The notes: generated by a model not told the origin, from the sequence alone. A stretch of DNA of 63,111 nt, filler included, from Reticulomyxa filosa (GCA_000512085.1; 16 parts of 16 records of this genome joined end to end with filler, not necessarily neighbours in it), one strand, 5' to 3'. Numbered from the whole stretch's first letter, positions 28,957 to 43,229 are shown. Numbers and translations: made by a program.

Positions 28957-29272
28957 AATTTTGCAAGATTTCGTATAATTTGCGCTTGTATTTGCAATAT
29001 GATATTTTAAAATATTTTTTATTTTTTAGGAATCTCCAAGTCACGTAAATATTTTTTAAAAATTACAAATAAATGTTTATTACTCATTGAGAAAATAATT
29101 ATCTTGATAATGTTCAGTTTTTTGCAATTTACTGATTCAATAAACTATAATAAACTGCAATAAAAGAATATGATTTTTCTCAAAGCTAAGATACAAGTTA
29201 ATTTTTAAAAATATTTATGTGACTTGGAGATTCCTAAAAAATAAACACAAGTTATACAAAATCTTGCAAATT
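28957..29272. repeat. Foldback (inverted-repeat) element, MITE-like
   Basis: 29018-29065 (tttattttttaggaatctccaagtcacgtaaatattttttaaaaatta) is the near-exact reverse complement of 29199-29245. The outer pair 28957-28980 and 29249-29272 is also complementary. Confidence 0.85.
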
Positions 29273-29949
29273 ATATGAAAGGATGACGTCTTTTTTCCAC
29301 CTAAAAAAAATTATTTAAAAACTACAAGATTCACAGATATTTAAAAAATTTTTATTAAACGTTGTTTCTTCACTATAAAGTGCCATTTCAGGTGTCAACT
29401 TTCGTTTGCATTTTACTGTATGTCTTTTATTTGGAGACAAAAAAATAAAAAAAATAAATACAAAAATTGGAGAAACTGCTGAAGAATTATTTGATGCTTT
29501 ACTTCATAATAATAAAAATTGTAGCATTGACAGATATTTAAAANNNNNNNNNNNNNNNNNNNNNNNNNNNNNNNNNNNNNNNNNNNNTTAATTAATTAAN
29601 NNNNNNNNNNNNNNNNNNNNNNNNNNNNNNNNNNNNNNNNNNNGAAAATAATTAATAAAAAAAAAAAAAGTATAAGAAAGAGAAAATAAGAAAAAAAAGA
29701 AAAAGAAGATAAGAGAAAAATAAATATTTTGAAATTTAATTTTTTAAATATTTTTATTGGAGCTTTGACTCCACAGAAAACAAGTTAGTTAAGTAAATAA
29801 TTTTTTTATCTGTGTTTGTAAAAAATTAAATCTAAACATAACATGACATTATAGAAAGAACCGATATTCACTCAACAGCCTCTTGCAATCAATGTATTAT
29901 CTACAGCCTGCAAATACAAATTTTTATATAGTGAATATTGGAATTGGCT

Positions 29950-31086
29950 CGTGGCAGTGACTTAAAGCTTCGTTTCCATCGATGTTCATGCAAGATCTTC
30001 GACAAGGTCGCTAAAGTCTTTGCATTAGACTTTTGAGGACGCTATGTATTGATGGTCCCCAATGTGTAATGGTATGTGCCAATAAAGATGCCTTCCAAGT
30101 AGAAATGGTTTTGAATCGCGAACACTGCGATGCAGAAATGAATATTGGTTGCAATATGGTGGCCACACAAACGCAATTGAGCTAACTACTGAGTCGAACA
30201 AGCGTATTTGCTTTGGCGAATAATTGTGCTGATATTGTGGTTGACGGTGGCAATAAGTATACGTGGTCTTTGGTAAATAGATGTGAGTGGTGGTAGAGTA
30301 TGGTAAGCGCTCAAACAATGTAGAGGATGGGAGAACGTATAAATTTTTGGTCCAAGAAGAACCAGTTTGTTGAACGTACCGCTTTGCAGATCAATTGCGA
30401 CCATATCAAGTATTGTCCTTTTTCATTGATAATTACATTGAATGAAGTAGTGAATTTGTCCATATATCTATAACGATGGATATGACTGCAAATTGTAGTA
30501 TTGCACACCTTTTCCATCGGATGGAGTGCAGCTTGTATTTGGCGAATGTCAATATCTTTGGCTAGCGTCAAGCGCAAGTCCAGCAGAATAATTTCCCATT
30601 ATGCGGTGTATCAACACAGACATGGATTATCGCATTGCAGTCACAAAAAGAACTATTAAGACAATGAGATCCAATGTCCGGGTACCAAACAGCAGAACAC
30701 TCAAGTTTTGGATATCCGATGATGAACTCACCTTTGCAGTGGTGGTGGTGTTTTCAAGTCCAATATAATTCTTTGTCCAGTGAGAAGAAAACGACGATAA
30801 TATGTAGCAGCTCGTATGCATGTGAGTTTATTTTGCTTTGGCCGGAGGTCATGGAGTACATTCGAATTGTTGCAGCAACATTGAATATATCAGCACAGTG
30901 AACAACAACTCGTTGAAAGCGTAATGGAGTGTGTACTGATCGATTGTACTTTTGGAATCATCCAAGCAAACTAGTAAAATTATCGACATTTTCAGCATTT
31001 GGGTATGTTTACAAATTTGAACACTGTCTCATAGATGCTCCAACACCGAAGGCGCGATTAAACAATCATTACCATCCTTGTGAAGC
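29950..31086. pseudogene. Unidentified degenerate coding-like or repeat sequence
   Basis: About 1.1 kb of higher-complexity, higher-GC sequence without intron-like A/T runs, broken into short ORFs on both strands. No motif was recognised. Confidence 0.3.
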
Positions 31087-31868
31087 NNNNNNNNNNNNNN
31101 NNNNNNNNNNNNNNNNNNNNNNNNNNNNNNTTAATTAATTAANNNNNNNNNNNNNNNNNNNNNNNNNNNNNNNNNNNNNNNNNNNNAACACATACACAAC
31201 AATCTTTCGTTTTAACAGGCCTTCCTGCGAAAAACCGGGTATACTATATTTCACCCTTTTTCTTTTTTTTTTTTTGATAATCAGAAATTTCTCAAGCATT
31301 TTCTTCATTTTTTTCTTTCCCCTCGCCTTCCCCCCTTTTTTTAAAAAAATTATAAAACACACGTGGTTTTCCAGTTGCAAACGGGGGACCGCTATAACGT
31401 TTATTTCAATCATGCAAGTTGTTTTTGTTTTAGTTGTACTTTGTTCATTTTCTCATTTTAAAGTTTTTTTATGCCGCATTTTCTGCGTGCGCAATTTGAC
31501 TTAACTCATAAAATGTGTAAGGTTTGTTGCCAGATGATTTTGCCAATTGAGTTTTAAATGCATCAATATCTCGCCAATACTGCACTATTTTCTCTTCTTC
31601 TGAAGGAAAATTCACTCTCTCTTGTCCTGTGTTTTAGGTTTGAATGCACAAGACAGTAAACAAAACGGACCTATTTCCTGGAAATAAAGATAAAAAATTT
31701 ACCAAGTTGAGAAAATGTCTTCCGGGACAATGAACGACTAAAATTGCCGGATGATGAACTCTCCATGTTAAAAAGACAAACGATGTCAAGTGAAATGTTC
31801 CTGGATAAAGGGGAAAAATCTCTTACTTCAACAAAAACATTTCACTGAAACGAGTTCCAAAGCTAACA

Positions 31869-31964
31869 ATAATTCTTTTGTAATCTGTATTGTCTTGTTA
31901 ATGCTTTCTAGAATGGTACTAATACTTTTTGACAAATTTACTTGAAAGCTAAAAAAAAAAAGAA
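31869..31964 (+). repeat. Dispersed ~95-bp repeat ending in an A-run, copy 2
   Basis: Matches 20987-21082. Confidence 0.85.
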
Positions 31965-33510
31965 GACATTGCTTATCCAATCAAAAGCACACAATTCGAC
32001 GGCCTCTCGCAATTAGGAGAGCATTAGCACTTAGTGGATAAAGACCAGATAAACATCATCATTGGTTTTGAAGCTACCCCTTTTAAGGTAGTCATAAACT
32101 TTATCATGGTCCTGGTCCCTTACCTTTTACAAAATTTCATGCACCACACATTTTTTTTTTAAACAGATACGCTCACAATGTAACAACTTATGTGTGCACT
32201 GATAACAATGACAGCTATCTCATTGACCAGCTTATTNNNNNNNNNNNNNNNNNNNNNNNNNNNNNNNNNNNNNNNNNNNNTTAATTAATTAANNNNNNNN
32301 NNNNNNNNNNNNNNNNNNNNNNNNNNNNNNNNNNNNGACTTCATAACCTTTTTCTTTGTTTTCCAGGCCTTCAGGGTTTCTTGCCTTGGAAGAGTTGTAT
32401 TGAATGGAACAAATTAAAAAAATATCCACTTAATTATCATTTTCAATTTAACTGAAAAAAGTTGTTTTTTTGAGGGTCATTGTGCTCAAGAAGTTCAAAG
32501 ACACAGACATCTTTCGGTTTTTTAAAGTTTATTTTGGAGATTGAACCAGTCATTTTCCAGCTGCGGTGGTAGTGGTGAAATTTTTGAAGAAAGTTATTGG
32601 TTGGAAAGATTTGGATGACAGTAGGGCATTGGAAATTATTCGAATTTTTTTGGAAAATCTCCAAAAGCCTAAAAGGTCCAGGAAGGCTGGGAAGTGATCC
32701 CAGTGGAAAAAATTTTGATTTTTCAACAAAGGTCAAATGACGAACAAGAGCATCAAGAGATCGTCATTAACTATTTTACCGTCGCCAACTACGACAATAT
32801 CATATCAGGACAAAGAAGTCCGAATATAAAGAATGATAATGATGTTGTTATTTCCGACACTTGTGATCACACTAGTGGATGGAAGATTATTAAAATCTTC
32901 GTCATCGGTGTTGGAATTGTTTGGTGAAAACGTGAAACAATTGGCGACAAAGATCAAAGCGCACACGTTCTCGCAAACTTGGAGAACACTGTTTGTGCAT
33001 TTCGATAGCAAACAAATAAATGGTGAAGGATTGGAGAAAATTGCAACATCATTCAATGAGTTGCACCAACAAGAAAATAAAGAAGAAGACGAAAATGAAG
33101 AAAAGAAAAAGAAAAAGACAATGAAATGTGTTGTGTACAATCCAAAGTACGCACCTGAACAGAAGGAAAGAAGTGAGAAGAATCTGTTTGTGTTGTTGAA
33201 GAATATCTCACCAAGTTAAGTAGACTTAAAGACAATGAAGAAAAACCCCAACGATTGAGATCGACAAGTCCAAGAACAAAGAAGATCAAGATGAAGTTTC
33301 ATAACTTAGAGCTCAAATTGCAAAAAAAAAAAAAAANNNNNNNNNNNNNNNNNNNNNNNNNNNNNNNNNNNNNNNNNNNNTTAATTAATTAANNNNNNNN
33401 NNNNNNNNNNNNNNNNNNNNNNNNNNNNNNNNNNNNAAAAAAAAAAAAAAAATGTTCGACAATGCAATTGCAGCTACCAAAGAAAACGTACGTACATAAA
33501 ATAAACACAG

Positions 33511-35315
33511 CTGTGAAAGTTCGAAAGTGGCAACAAAATCCTGCAGCGTTGAAAATAATGGAGAAAATTGAGGATTGGGATTTTGATGTCTTTGGTATGG
33601 CTAATTTGTGTGGAAATTACATGCTGGCGGTGGTATTTTGCTCCATAAGTGAGAGACGAGGACTATTACAACATTTCGGACTAAATATTGACACTGTCTG
33701 CAACTTTTGGATTCAAGTTGCTCAAGAGTATAAAAAAAACCCTTATCACAACCACATGCATGGTGTAGATGTGCTGACAAACACCAATTATTATCTCAAG
33801 TCCAAAATATTCGAGGGATTAGCTGAATTGGATATCTTGGCGTGTTTGGTGAGTGCTGCATGTCATGACGTGGGGCATCCTGGAAATAACAACCCCTTTG
33901 AAATTAATTTGGAAAGTGAATTGGCCGTGCGATACAATGACATCAGCGTTTTGGAAAACATGCATGCTGCAAAAACATGGGAAATTTTGAAACGACAAGG
34001 ATGTGATTTTTTGGAAGGTCATTGTTTGTCATTGCATTTTCAAAAAACACAAGAATAAAAAAATAAAAAATCCACATTATTATATGCATACATTCTCATG
34101 TTCACACAAATTCAAAGAGGTGCAAACATTGCTTACTAAACAAATCACAATGTAAAACATACAAACGATAATTAAGATCGTTCTCTCGCCGAGCGTAGAC
34201 GATTCCGGCTAGTGCTAATCGAGGCCATATTGGCCACAGACATGAGCAAACACAAACGGCAGCAAGAGATGCTGGCAGAATTGATCGACGATTTGACAGC
34301 AGCTGGAGTGGACTTAGACTTGTGGGGACAAAGTGAATCCGACAATGAAAGGGACGACGATTACGTAAACGAGGATGAGATTGATGTGCAAAAGGCACCC
34401 AATCTCGGAGAGTCCAGCCGCAGCAATTTGTCAAATCAACGAAAGAGTATCAGTGGTGGCAGCGGTGGTCAACTTCGTGAACCAAGTGTATTTGACAATA
34501 AACAGCAATTAGCGATTGTATTGATTCCATTGGCTGTGCATACTGCTGATTTAAGTAATCCGGCTAAACCATTGCCTATTTATCAAATATGGGCTGGATT
34601 TGTAATGGAAGAGTTTTGGCTGCAAGGTGATCGAGAAAAAGAAAAAGGTGTTCCAGTCACGCAAGTGTGTGATCGTGAAAAAACAGACTTGCCAACATGC
34701 CAAACTGGATTCATTAATCATGTTATCAAACCTTGGTTTGATTTGTGGAGACGATTACTACCAGAAAAACACGCTGGACCGCTTTTCTTGCAAAATGTTA
34801 ATGACAATTTGGAATTTATGAAAAAAGAACTTGAAAGACATAAAATGGACAATGACAATGCACTATCTTCCATCAAAGAAGAGAAAAAAGACATTGCCAA
34901 AATTAATCCAAATTCCAACGGAGAGGAGGATACCAAACAGCAAAATAAGGAACCTGAATCTAAGCTTCCACACTCTGAATTTACAAGACAAGACAATCAG
35001 TCAATTGAAAATAATTCCAATCTCACCAAACGAGACTCTAATCGAAGTTTTGAATCCAAGTCCAAACACAATAACCGCGAAGTTAGAAGTTCATCGGTTA
35101 TGGAAGCAACGTTTGATGATATACTCAAGTCACAGTACCAAAAGCAACAAAGAGATATGGAAGAAATTCGAAAAAAACAAATGCAATTGGATGAAGGTAC
35201 CCAAATTGATGAAACAGAAATTGATTCTCATCATTGTCAAACACGAGCTACTGTTAGCAATGTAAACAACACATATTTGAGCGGACAAACTTCATTCGCA
35301 GGCAACAACTCATAA
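33511..35315 (+). CDS. Class I 3',5'-cyclic nucleotide phosphodiesterase, copy A (5' truncated; intron ~34018-34176)
   Basis: DWDFDVF, NPYHNHMHGVDV, HDVGHPGNNN, LENMH, ILATDMSKH, HTADLSNP, EEFWLQGDREK and the invariant Gln in CQTGFI. Confidence 0.95.
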
Positions 35316-37591
35316 AGTTAGAATAATGCTGGATAAAATTTTTAAAAAAATTTTTGCGTCATTCTTTTTATCAACTGTCCAAAAAAGAAAAACAAGAAAA
35401 TTTCTAATGTTGAAACGGTTTCTCGGTTCTTGTTTAGCATCAACAAGGAGATTGAGTGCGATGTTATCAATATTTGTTCAATAAATCTCGTTATAACAAC
35501 AATTTTATTTTGAAGTCGTGCTTGCGAATGCTCTTGATAATTGGTTTAAAAAAATCAAATGCAACTGTCGTAATTTTTTGAAAATTGTTTCATAACAAAG
35601 TATCATGATTTACTTGTTGTGTGAAGACTTGATCAGTTAAAATCTAAAAAAAATCTTAGATTAGTGTAAAAATACATAAATCAAACTGAAATGTAAAAAA
35701 GTAAATTGCACGATCCATGACAACTTGAATAGTCAAACAATACCAGATGTTACTTAGTATCAAAAAGAAATGAAAAATTCGAACGTGAAAAACAAATATA
35801 TTTGTAGTAACGAACAATTTAGTTTTTTTTTTTATTTGAGCAATGTTCTTTTGAATAAGGCGGACTAATTCGGTTTGCAAGTTTATCACTAGTTTGAGTT
35901 GCATCTTTAAAAAAAATAAAAATATGAACATTCAAAATCACAAAATGGCAAATGAAATCTGTATGCTATACTATTTTCCCCAAATCTAGTCAACACTCAA
36001 TCTTTCAGTCTTATCCATCACAAATATGTTTAATATATCATGTTTTAGAACTTTGCACAGCTACATTCAACAAATAATGTCATGAACCCATCAAAATGAT
36101 TTACATGTTGGTACATATATAATAAATAGTGATTGTGTTATAAAAATAATTCATCATATCAATGTTTTCGTCATTATTATCATATTGCAACTGCACGCAA
36201 ATGCCGAAACAATCAATAACTCAACAATTGCTTATGTGCACTCACGTTGCAAGTTTTCCAACGTAAAGAATATCATTATTTGTTATTTGCAATTGATTAA
36301 ACATTTTATTATTGTATGTATTCAAGAGCTTTATAATTAATATGGAAAAATCGAAAAAATATCATTTATTCTTTTGCTTCTTTAAGTAATTTACATATTT
36401 CGTATCTAGTAGTTATTGTTATGCTGCCAGCCACTTTGCATGCGCAGATACATTCTATTAATCAACAAAATACCTTTTTGATAAATGTGAACAATTCTGA
36501 AAAAAAAGACGTAGAAAAACATCGAATATTGGTTATTTTATACAACGACAAATGACAAACAATTTTTTTTCCAAACTTGTTGAAAATGCTAATACATTAA
36601 CAATCACCATATTTATTATATTATAAATTATATTCATAACAATAATAATAACAATATTTGCAATAATGATAATAATCGATATTATAATAATAACTGCATG
36701 AAAATAGTGAAAACTGATATTGAAACATTACTAGCACATTGATCAAACATATCCTTCATTAATATTTATATCAAATCATACGAAAAAATGACGCTATTAA
36801 TTTGTTCTGAATATATAATGACAGGCAAATTTCACATAATATATAGTCGAATTTTACTCTTGACAAGACTAAATTAAACAACTTTTTTTGGATCTTCGTC
36901 GAAACGGTCCATTCGACAATGAAATACGCTAGACATTTCCATTCTAATGTGTGTTTGCGATCTGTTTTTGATTCAAATGGATTATTCGCAACCATCCAAA
37001 TCTTTTTTTTAGTAAAAAAAAATTCAACGTCACAGTCCGCCCCCACTTTTTTTAAAAAAATGATTTGAACAGTCAATTCATGATTTATTCTATCGTAACT
37101 CTAACCCTATTTTATTTTCTTTTGTTTAACATTGTTGTGCAATCAATTATTAAACCAAGGAACTCAAGACGTCAGTAATACAATAGCCCACATTGTTGTA
37201 CCTGACCTTGTAAAAAAGCTCAGCGAAAGTACTTTCGTTTGTACATTGGAAAAAAAGAGGAAAAACAACACACATAGATTGCACACCTGCTTGTCTACAA
37301 ATACGAATATTTGAGACCACCACCAAGATCCAAAACATTAAAAACAAAAAATTAAAACAAAAGATTTTTCCCTGACCAAGTGAGAAAAAAAAAACAAGAA
37401 AAAAAGACCCAGAAAAAATTGGATAAGTGGAGTCAACGTACGCTCCACTATCTACATAAAAACAGAATTTAAAAAAAAAAAATCTGAGGAAAAAAAAATC
37501 GTACAAGTAAATACCAACTATTTTGTAACTTTTATTTGTATTGGTTTCTAATAAGATCAATTCCAAAGTTGGAACGGATGTAAGAGATTGT

Positions 37592-40500
37592 CTACCATCC
37601 ATAATTTTTAGTAGGATGAGAAGAAGCTACAGGTGATTCTGGAAGAGCGCTTCTTGCCTTGTGATGCAAAGGCGATTTGATTGGATTGTTTTTAGCGCTA
37701 CCAATGGTCGGAGAGTGTGAAGAAACACCCGAAGCATTGGTATTATTCGAAGCAATTTTTAACTTTTGTTGTGAAGAAGGTTTTTTTGTCTTGCTTATAG
37801 GGTGTATATTCCTTAAGGTGATAACCGAGTCTTCATCTAAAGTCTCCAAGTCAAAGTAATCGTTATCAATGTCGGGTATTGGTTCAGCAGCCAACTCTTG
37901 CATGGCCAACAAATGTTTTTCCAACTGTGCATTCCGAATGTCTCGCGCAGAGGCAGCAAGTATGGAGTGGGAACGCGACATTGAATTGCGTGCATTGGTT
38001 TCAACGGGTTTGGGCGGATCGGAAGTGATATCTTTTGCACCCTTAGTGGCAGAGACAGAGTTGAAGCTAGGCGATTGCAAAGGTCTGGTATTTGCGTTGT
38101 CTTTGTTCCATTGTAATCTGGAGCTGGATTTGGAGGCATTAGGATTGAATACATTTTGTACGCTTTGGCGTTTGTGTGGCAACTGTTGATAAGAAGTGGA
38201 TGTCTTTTTTCCTCGATTGAAATATTTGTGTTGAGAAATTTCGATTTCCTCACTGTCATTGTTCGCATGCGTAGACATCAAGGCTGGCGAATGAGATGGA
38301 GTGAGACTTGGAGTCTTGGGTCCCTTTTTTTCTTTTTCTTTTTTCACTCCTTCCAATTCTTTTTTCATGTATTCCAAGTTCAGATTTACGTTTTCATTGA
38401 ACAACAGACCTTCGTTTTTTTCGGGCAATAACTTGCCCCACAAATCAAACCAAGGCTTTACGACGTGGTTAATAAATCCAGTTTGACCCGCCGGCAACGT
38501 AGTTTGCGTTCGGTCAAATGCCGGAGTCACGGCAATGCCCAATTGCTTTTCCTTGTCTCCTTGCTCGTAAAACTCCTCGGTAATTCGAGTTGCCCATTGA
38601 CGATAGATGCGCAATGCCTTGGTGGGATTACTCAAATCGCCAGTGTGCACTGTCAATGGGATCAGTATTCCTGCCAACTCTGTTTTTTTATGAAAGATGC
38701 AAGTGTTCTCGATTGCTAATGCTGCTGCAGGAACAGCCATTGTTATCGGAGGGGTGTCCACGTTTTTCCCCACAGGAGTAGGCATTGTCTTTACCGGTCC
38801 ATTGGCATTTTCCAACGCCCACTTTTCCAAACAATCGCCCTCGCGTTTCAGCTCGTCGATTAGCTTGCTCAATGCAGTCATTTGTTCTTTGTGTTTGCTC
38901 ATATCTGTCGCGAGAATGCTTTGGATCAGTAGTTGTCGAAATCTCTTTCGTTCCTGTTTGGTTCGACCTGATTTATATTATGAAATCAATAAATCAAATA
39001 TTATATATGTACATATACATATATATATATATATTTTTTAAAAAAACCTTCCAAAATATTGCATCCAGGCTTTTTCATAATTTCCCATGTCTTTGCGACA
39101 TGCATATTTTCGAGCACGGATTCGTCGTTGTATTTGACAGCCAACTCCGATTCGACGGCGACTTCGAAGGCGTTGTTGTTCCCGGGGTGTCCGACGTCGT
39201 GACATGCCGCGCTCAACAGACATGCCAAAATATCCAAGCAATTCAATCCGTCGAACACGTGCGCCCTCATGAAGTAATTGCAATTGGCCAGCACGTCAAC
39301 GCCGTGGATATAGTTGTGATACGGGTTATCTTTGTACTGCCCTGTTATTTCCACAAAGAAGTTGCACACAAAAGTTACGTTCAACGACAACTGTTCGAAC
39401 AGCTGTCTGCGATCGCATAGCGCGCAGAATACGACTGCCATTGCGTATTTACCACACAACTGGCTCAACGCAAACACATCAAAGTCCCAATCCTCCACAT
39501 TTTTCAGCATCGCTAGTGCATTGCCGTTCGTTCGCCAGCGCCGAACTTTTTCTTCCACGCGGATTTCCCTTGTCGCTTTTTTCATTTGTCATATGCTTGT
39601 TCATGTGCATTTGCGTGTATTTTTGGAGAGAACAAAAAAAAGAAAGAAAGAAAGAAAGAATGTACTACATATGTACATAATATGTACATTTTTTTTAAAA
39701 AAAAAAAAAAAAAAAAAACATTACTAATTCTAGAGGAAGTTGACAAAGTAGGCGCTTTGCGTGACTGTCTTTCCTCTGGTCCTCGACAATTGCTATCTTT
39801 GGACGAGGGATGTGTCATGAGGTTTGAATAGGACGAATTAGACTTTTGATGTGGCGTTCGTGGCTGTGTGGCTCTGTTCTTTCTGTCCTCAATGGAATGT
39901 GATTCATTTGCATTCACATTAGCGCTGGAATTGGCATTGAAATGGCTTCCATCCGTGCGTTTGTATTGTGTCGTTTTGGTGCGCACGCGATTTTCGCTAA
40001 CAGACACGGACATGATGGGGACCTTTGCAGAGGAGGCTTGTGTTTCATTTTCGTGTGTGTTGTCATCGGAGTAGTTGTTAGTGCGACTGCAAAGATATGG
40101 CGAAGGAGGAGTGGTAGTCCTGGCGTTGTTCTCGTTATTATTATTATTGTTATTATTACTATTATTATTATTATCATTATTATTATCATTATTATTTTCA
40201 TTATTATTATTATCATTATCAAGGAGCTGGTCTTCCAATTCTTGTTTGGCTGGGAAGAACTGCTGCAACACATGTTGCGCGACGCCACGATCTTCATTGT
40301 CCACATGTTCAGCATCTTGCACAGCGTCCCTGAGAAACTCCTCACGTTGTTCAAACTCCATGGACACGGTGTGCGACACAAAGCCCATAGCGGTAGGCTG
40401 GGGTTCATCAAAGCCTTCGGCTTGGGTCAGCGGCAGATGATTGATTGCGGCAATTCGGGTACGACCAACGTCATGAACCACCTTGGTGACATGTTCCAAT

Positions 40501-41016
40501 TGCAGGAACGAACCATTCAGCATGGCCAATACATTTTCGATAGTGCTTCGCCATTCATTGGATGACTTCTCTTCGGTACCCAATGGTTCTTCTCGCAGCT
40601 GATGCAGACAATGCATGGCATGCCATAGTGTCTTCTTCTGGTAGTCCATGACTTGGCCAACCATATCTGTGTAACTGCTGCTCCCAGACCCAAAACTATG
40701 ACTGCTCATTGCGCTTTCGCGCTTGCTCCCGACACTCAAGATTGTTCCCAGTCCTTTCGCGCGGAGCGACGTACTTTGTCTACCTGTTCCAGGCATCGGA
40801 GTGTTGCCAGCATCCCCAATGCTCGCACTCATTCTAATGCCAATTCGATGCGCTACCCCACTGTGCAGTAAAGTGTTCGGTGTGTTTACGGCAAAGTCCT
40901 CGTCCCAATTCCCCTCCTCGTCCTCGTCCACCGTCTCCAAGTGTAGCCGTTCCATTTCCTTCGCCATTTCGTCTTCCAGCAATGACAGTTCAGTCAACGA
41001 CCAATTGTCATCCGAA

Positions 41017-41020
<4 letters not shown>
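37592..41020 (-). CDS. Class I 3',5'-cyclic nucleotide phosphodiesterase, copy B, with a long low-complexity N-terminus (5' truncated; introns ~39725-39590 and ~39048-38969)
   Basis: EDWDFDVF, NPYHNYIHGVDV, HDVGHPGNNN, LENMH, ILATDMSKH, HTGDLSNP, EEFYEQGDKEK and GQTGFI, in ORFs 39582-40997, 39001-39585 and 37592-38902. Confidence 0.93.
40135..40220 (-). repeat. (AAT)n coding microsatellite giving poly-Asn in the PDE copy B N-terminus
   Basis: The tta-repeat on the + strand translates as DNDNNNNENNNDNNN... in ORF 39582-40997. Confidence 0.85.
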
Positions 41021-41057
<37 letters not shown>

Positions 41058-41157
41058 NNNNNNNNNNNNNNNNNNNNNNNNNNNNNNNNNNNNNNNNNNN
41101 NTTAATTAATTAANNNNNNNNNNNNNNNNNNNNNNNNNNNNNNNNNNNNNNNNNNNN

Positions 41158-41527
41158 CAACATCGTTATCTTTTTTCACTTTGTTTACTATTGTTTCCAT
41201 TGTATTTTTCTTATTTTCTTTTTCTTCTTCCACTTTCAATTTAATTCCCTTTTTCATTTCTTCTTCACTCAACCATTTACTCACTTCAGTTTTCATGTGT
41301 GTTGACATGGAGTGTTCTCTATTATCTACTCCTCCAACAATATGCACATACATGTTGTCTTCACTCGATATTGCAGCACATGAATGCAATGGACTGGGTA
41401 AAGTGTTTTGAAATGTCATCCATTTGTTTCCTCGAATTGAATATTTGTGCATTGATTTTGAAACATCAGGGTAATGAAATCCACCAAAGAACAAAAAATT
41501 GATTCGAATGTATTGGGACTTGATCAT
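41158..41527 (-). pseudogene. Kelch-repeat protein C-terminal fragment
   Basis: LFFGG...HKYSIRGNKWMTFQNTLPSPLHSCAAISSEDNMYVHIVGG..HMKT. No upstream propeller blades are visible. Confidence 0.7.
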
Positions 41528-42471
41528 TATGATATCTCTATTTCATAAAAGCAATTTGATATCTATTTATAAAAATAAAGAGATACTATTAAAAAATCAT
41601 TAAATTAGATTAGATAAACTAGCATTTGATAATTGAGATTATATTAACACTAATACCAAAATTATTTTTCATTTTTACACATACAGAATTACAAATAATT
41701 AAATTTGGCTTAACATCGTAAACATCAATCATTAAATGGGGATAATGCCTATCTGGAATATCCTCTTTTTATACTTTATTATTGTATTAAATGTAGTTAT
41801 ATCAGGAACAATCAATTACTCAACAGATTGAATTGTTGTTTCTTAAATAATGTTTTTGTAAATCAAATTTATCCGTGATGTAAAGCATATTGTAAAATAT
41901 GATATCTGGGAGAATATATTTGCTTTGCAAAATTTAGATAATACTTTAATTTTATTGATCCGTCCTAAGCTTGCTATCAATCTTCAAACTCAATTTTGAA
42001 CAATTATTTGATATAATAAATATATTACGAAATATCAAATAAAATTTATCATATTATATTGTCCAATAACTTAACATATTAAAAATTATTTTATCAAAGT
42101 CATAAATTCGTCCTATATTAATAATATTCTTACATTTTTGGTGTTCCATCTGCAATGATTCAATATTAGTTTGAGTAAAATTTTTATAAAGAATTACAAA
42201 ATACAATCTCATTCATTTCAAATTGCATTTGTTGATTAAAAAGACTGTACTTATTTTAATATTTGAATACAATTTTCATTTGTTATGCTTTTAAATTCTT
42301 TGAAAAACATTGAATGAAGCTTTTTCAATTTTTTTAAACAACAAAGCAAAATAGAACACATCTTTTAATGTTTGCATTCAATCAAATCAAACAAGTTTAA
42401 TATCATCTTACTTTCTTTTAATAAAACCTTTCAAACAAAAACATTTTCATTTCTTATTCGACAAAAAAAAA

Positions 42472-43074
42472 TTATCCCCAAATACGAATGGGACCATAAT
42501 TTGAACCATAGCACAAATTCAAATCATATGTGGCATTCTTTGTGTTCTCTTTTTTTTTCAATTTAGTAAATGTAAGACAAATTATTCCATAATCTTCGCC
42601 ATCATCTCCTTTGATCATATACAATTCATTCTTATTTGATCGAATATCCCAAAAACGAATTGTATTATCAATTGATCCAGAGCATATCACATTTGAATTA
42701 CCAATACCATTCTTTATTACAAATGGTGAATATTCAACAGCATACACCCAATGGGTGTGCCCATTGAACACTTGAATTTGTTTACCAGATCGAATATCCC
42801 ATAAACGAACACTTTTGTCATTTGATCCAGATAATATTGTATTCGCTAATCCATTTGATCCATATTTTACACTATTCACATAACTTACATGTCCTTTGAA
42901 TCCATTGAATTGTTTGGTTGTTTCAATATCCCATATTCGAATGGTACCCAATGATCCAGAACAAATTGTATATCCATTTCCACCAATCACACCAATATTA
43001 TTCATTTTATTATTATTATCATTTTTGTTATTGCTTTGTAATGGTGAAATACCAACACACTCAACAGCATATTC
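42472..43074 (-). CDS. WD40-repeat protein, C-terminal part (5' truncated by contig end)
   Basis: ICSGS..TIRIWDIET, FKGH..VNSVKY..ILSGSNDKSVRLWDIRS, FNGHTHWVYAVEYSP..ICSGSIDNTIRFWDIRS, ending GPIRIWG-stop. Confidence 0.92.
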   Translation of the reverse strand, partial: EYAVECVGISPLQSNNKNDNNNKMNNIGVIGGNGYTICSGSLGTIRIWDIETTKQFNGFKGHVSYVNSVKYGSNGLANTILSGSNDKSVRLWDIRSGKQIQVFNGHTHWVYAVEYSPFVIKNGIGNSNVICSGSIDNTIRFWDIRSNKNELYMIKGDDGEDYGIICLTFTKLKKKENTKNATYDLNLCYGSNYGPIRIWG

Positions 43075-43229
43075 ANNNNNNNNNNNNNNNNNNNNNNNNN
43101 NNNNNNNNNNNNNNNNNNNTTAATTAATTAANNNNNNNNNNNNNNNNNNNNNNNNNNNNNNNNNNNNNNNNNNNNAAAAGTTGACAATGAGAAAAAAAGA
43201 AGAAAGAAAAAAAAAAAAAAAGCAAAAAA

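Noticed and set aside
32700-33320. Coding-like fragment (ORF 32833-33219), possibly a retroelement ORF1
   Set aside because: No recognisable motif, broken frames and a short contig, so no call is supportable.
39914-40565. Long hydrophobic poly-Ile and poly-Leu ORFs that look like membrane proteins
   Set aside because: They are alternative-frame and antisense readings of the (AAT)n poly-Asn tract in PDE copy B.
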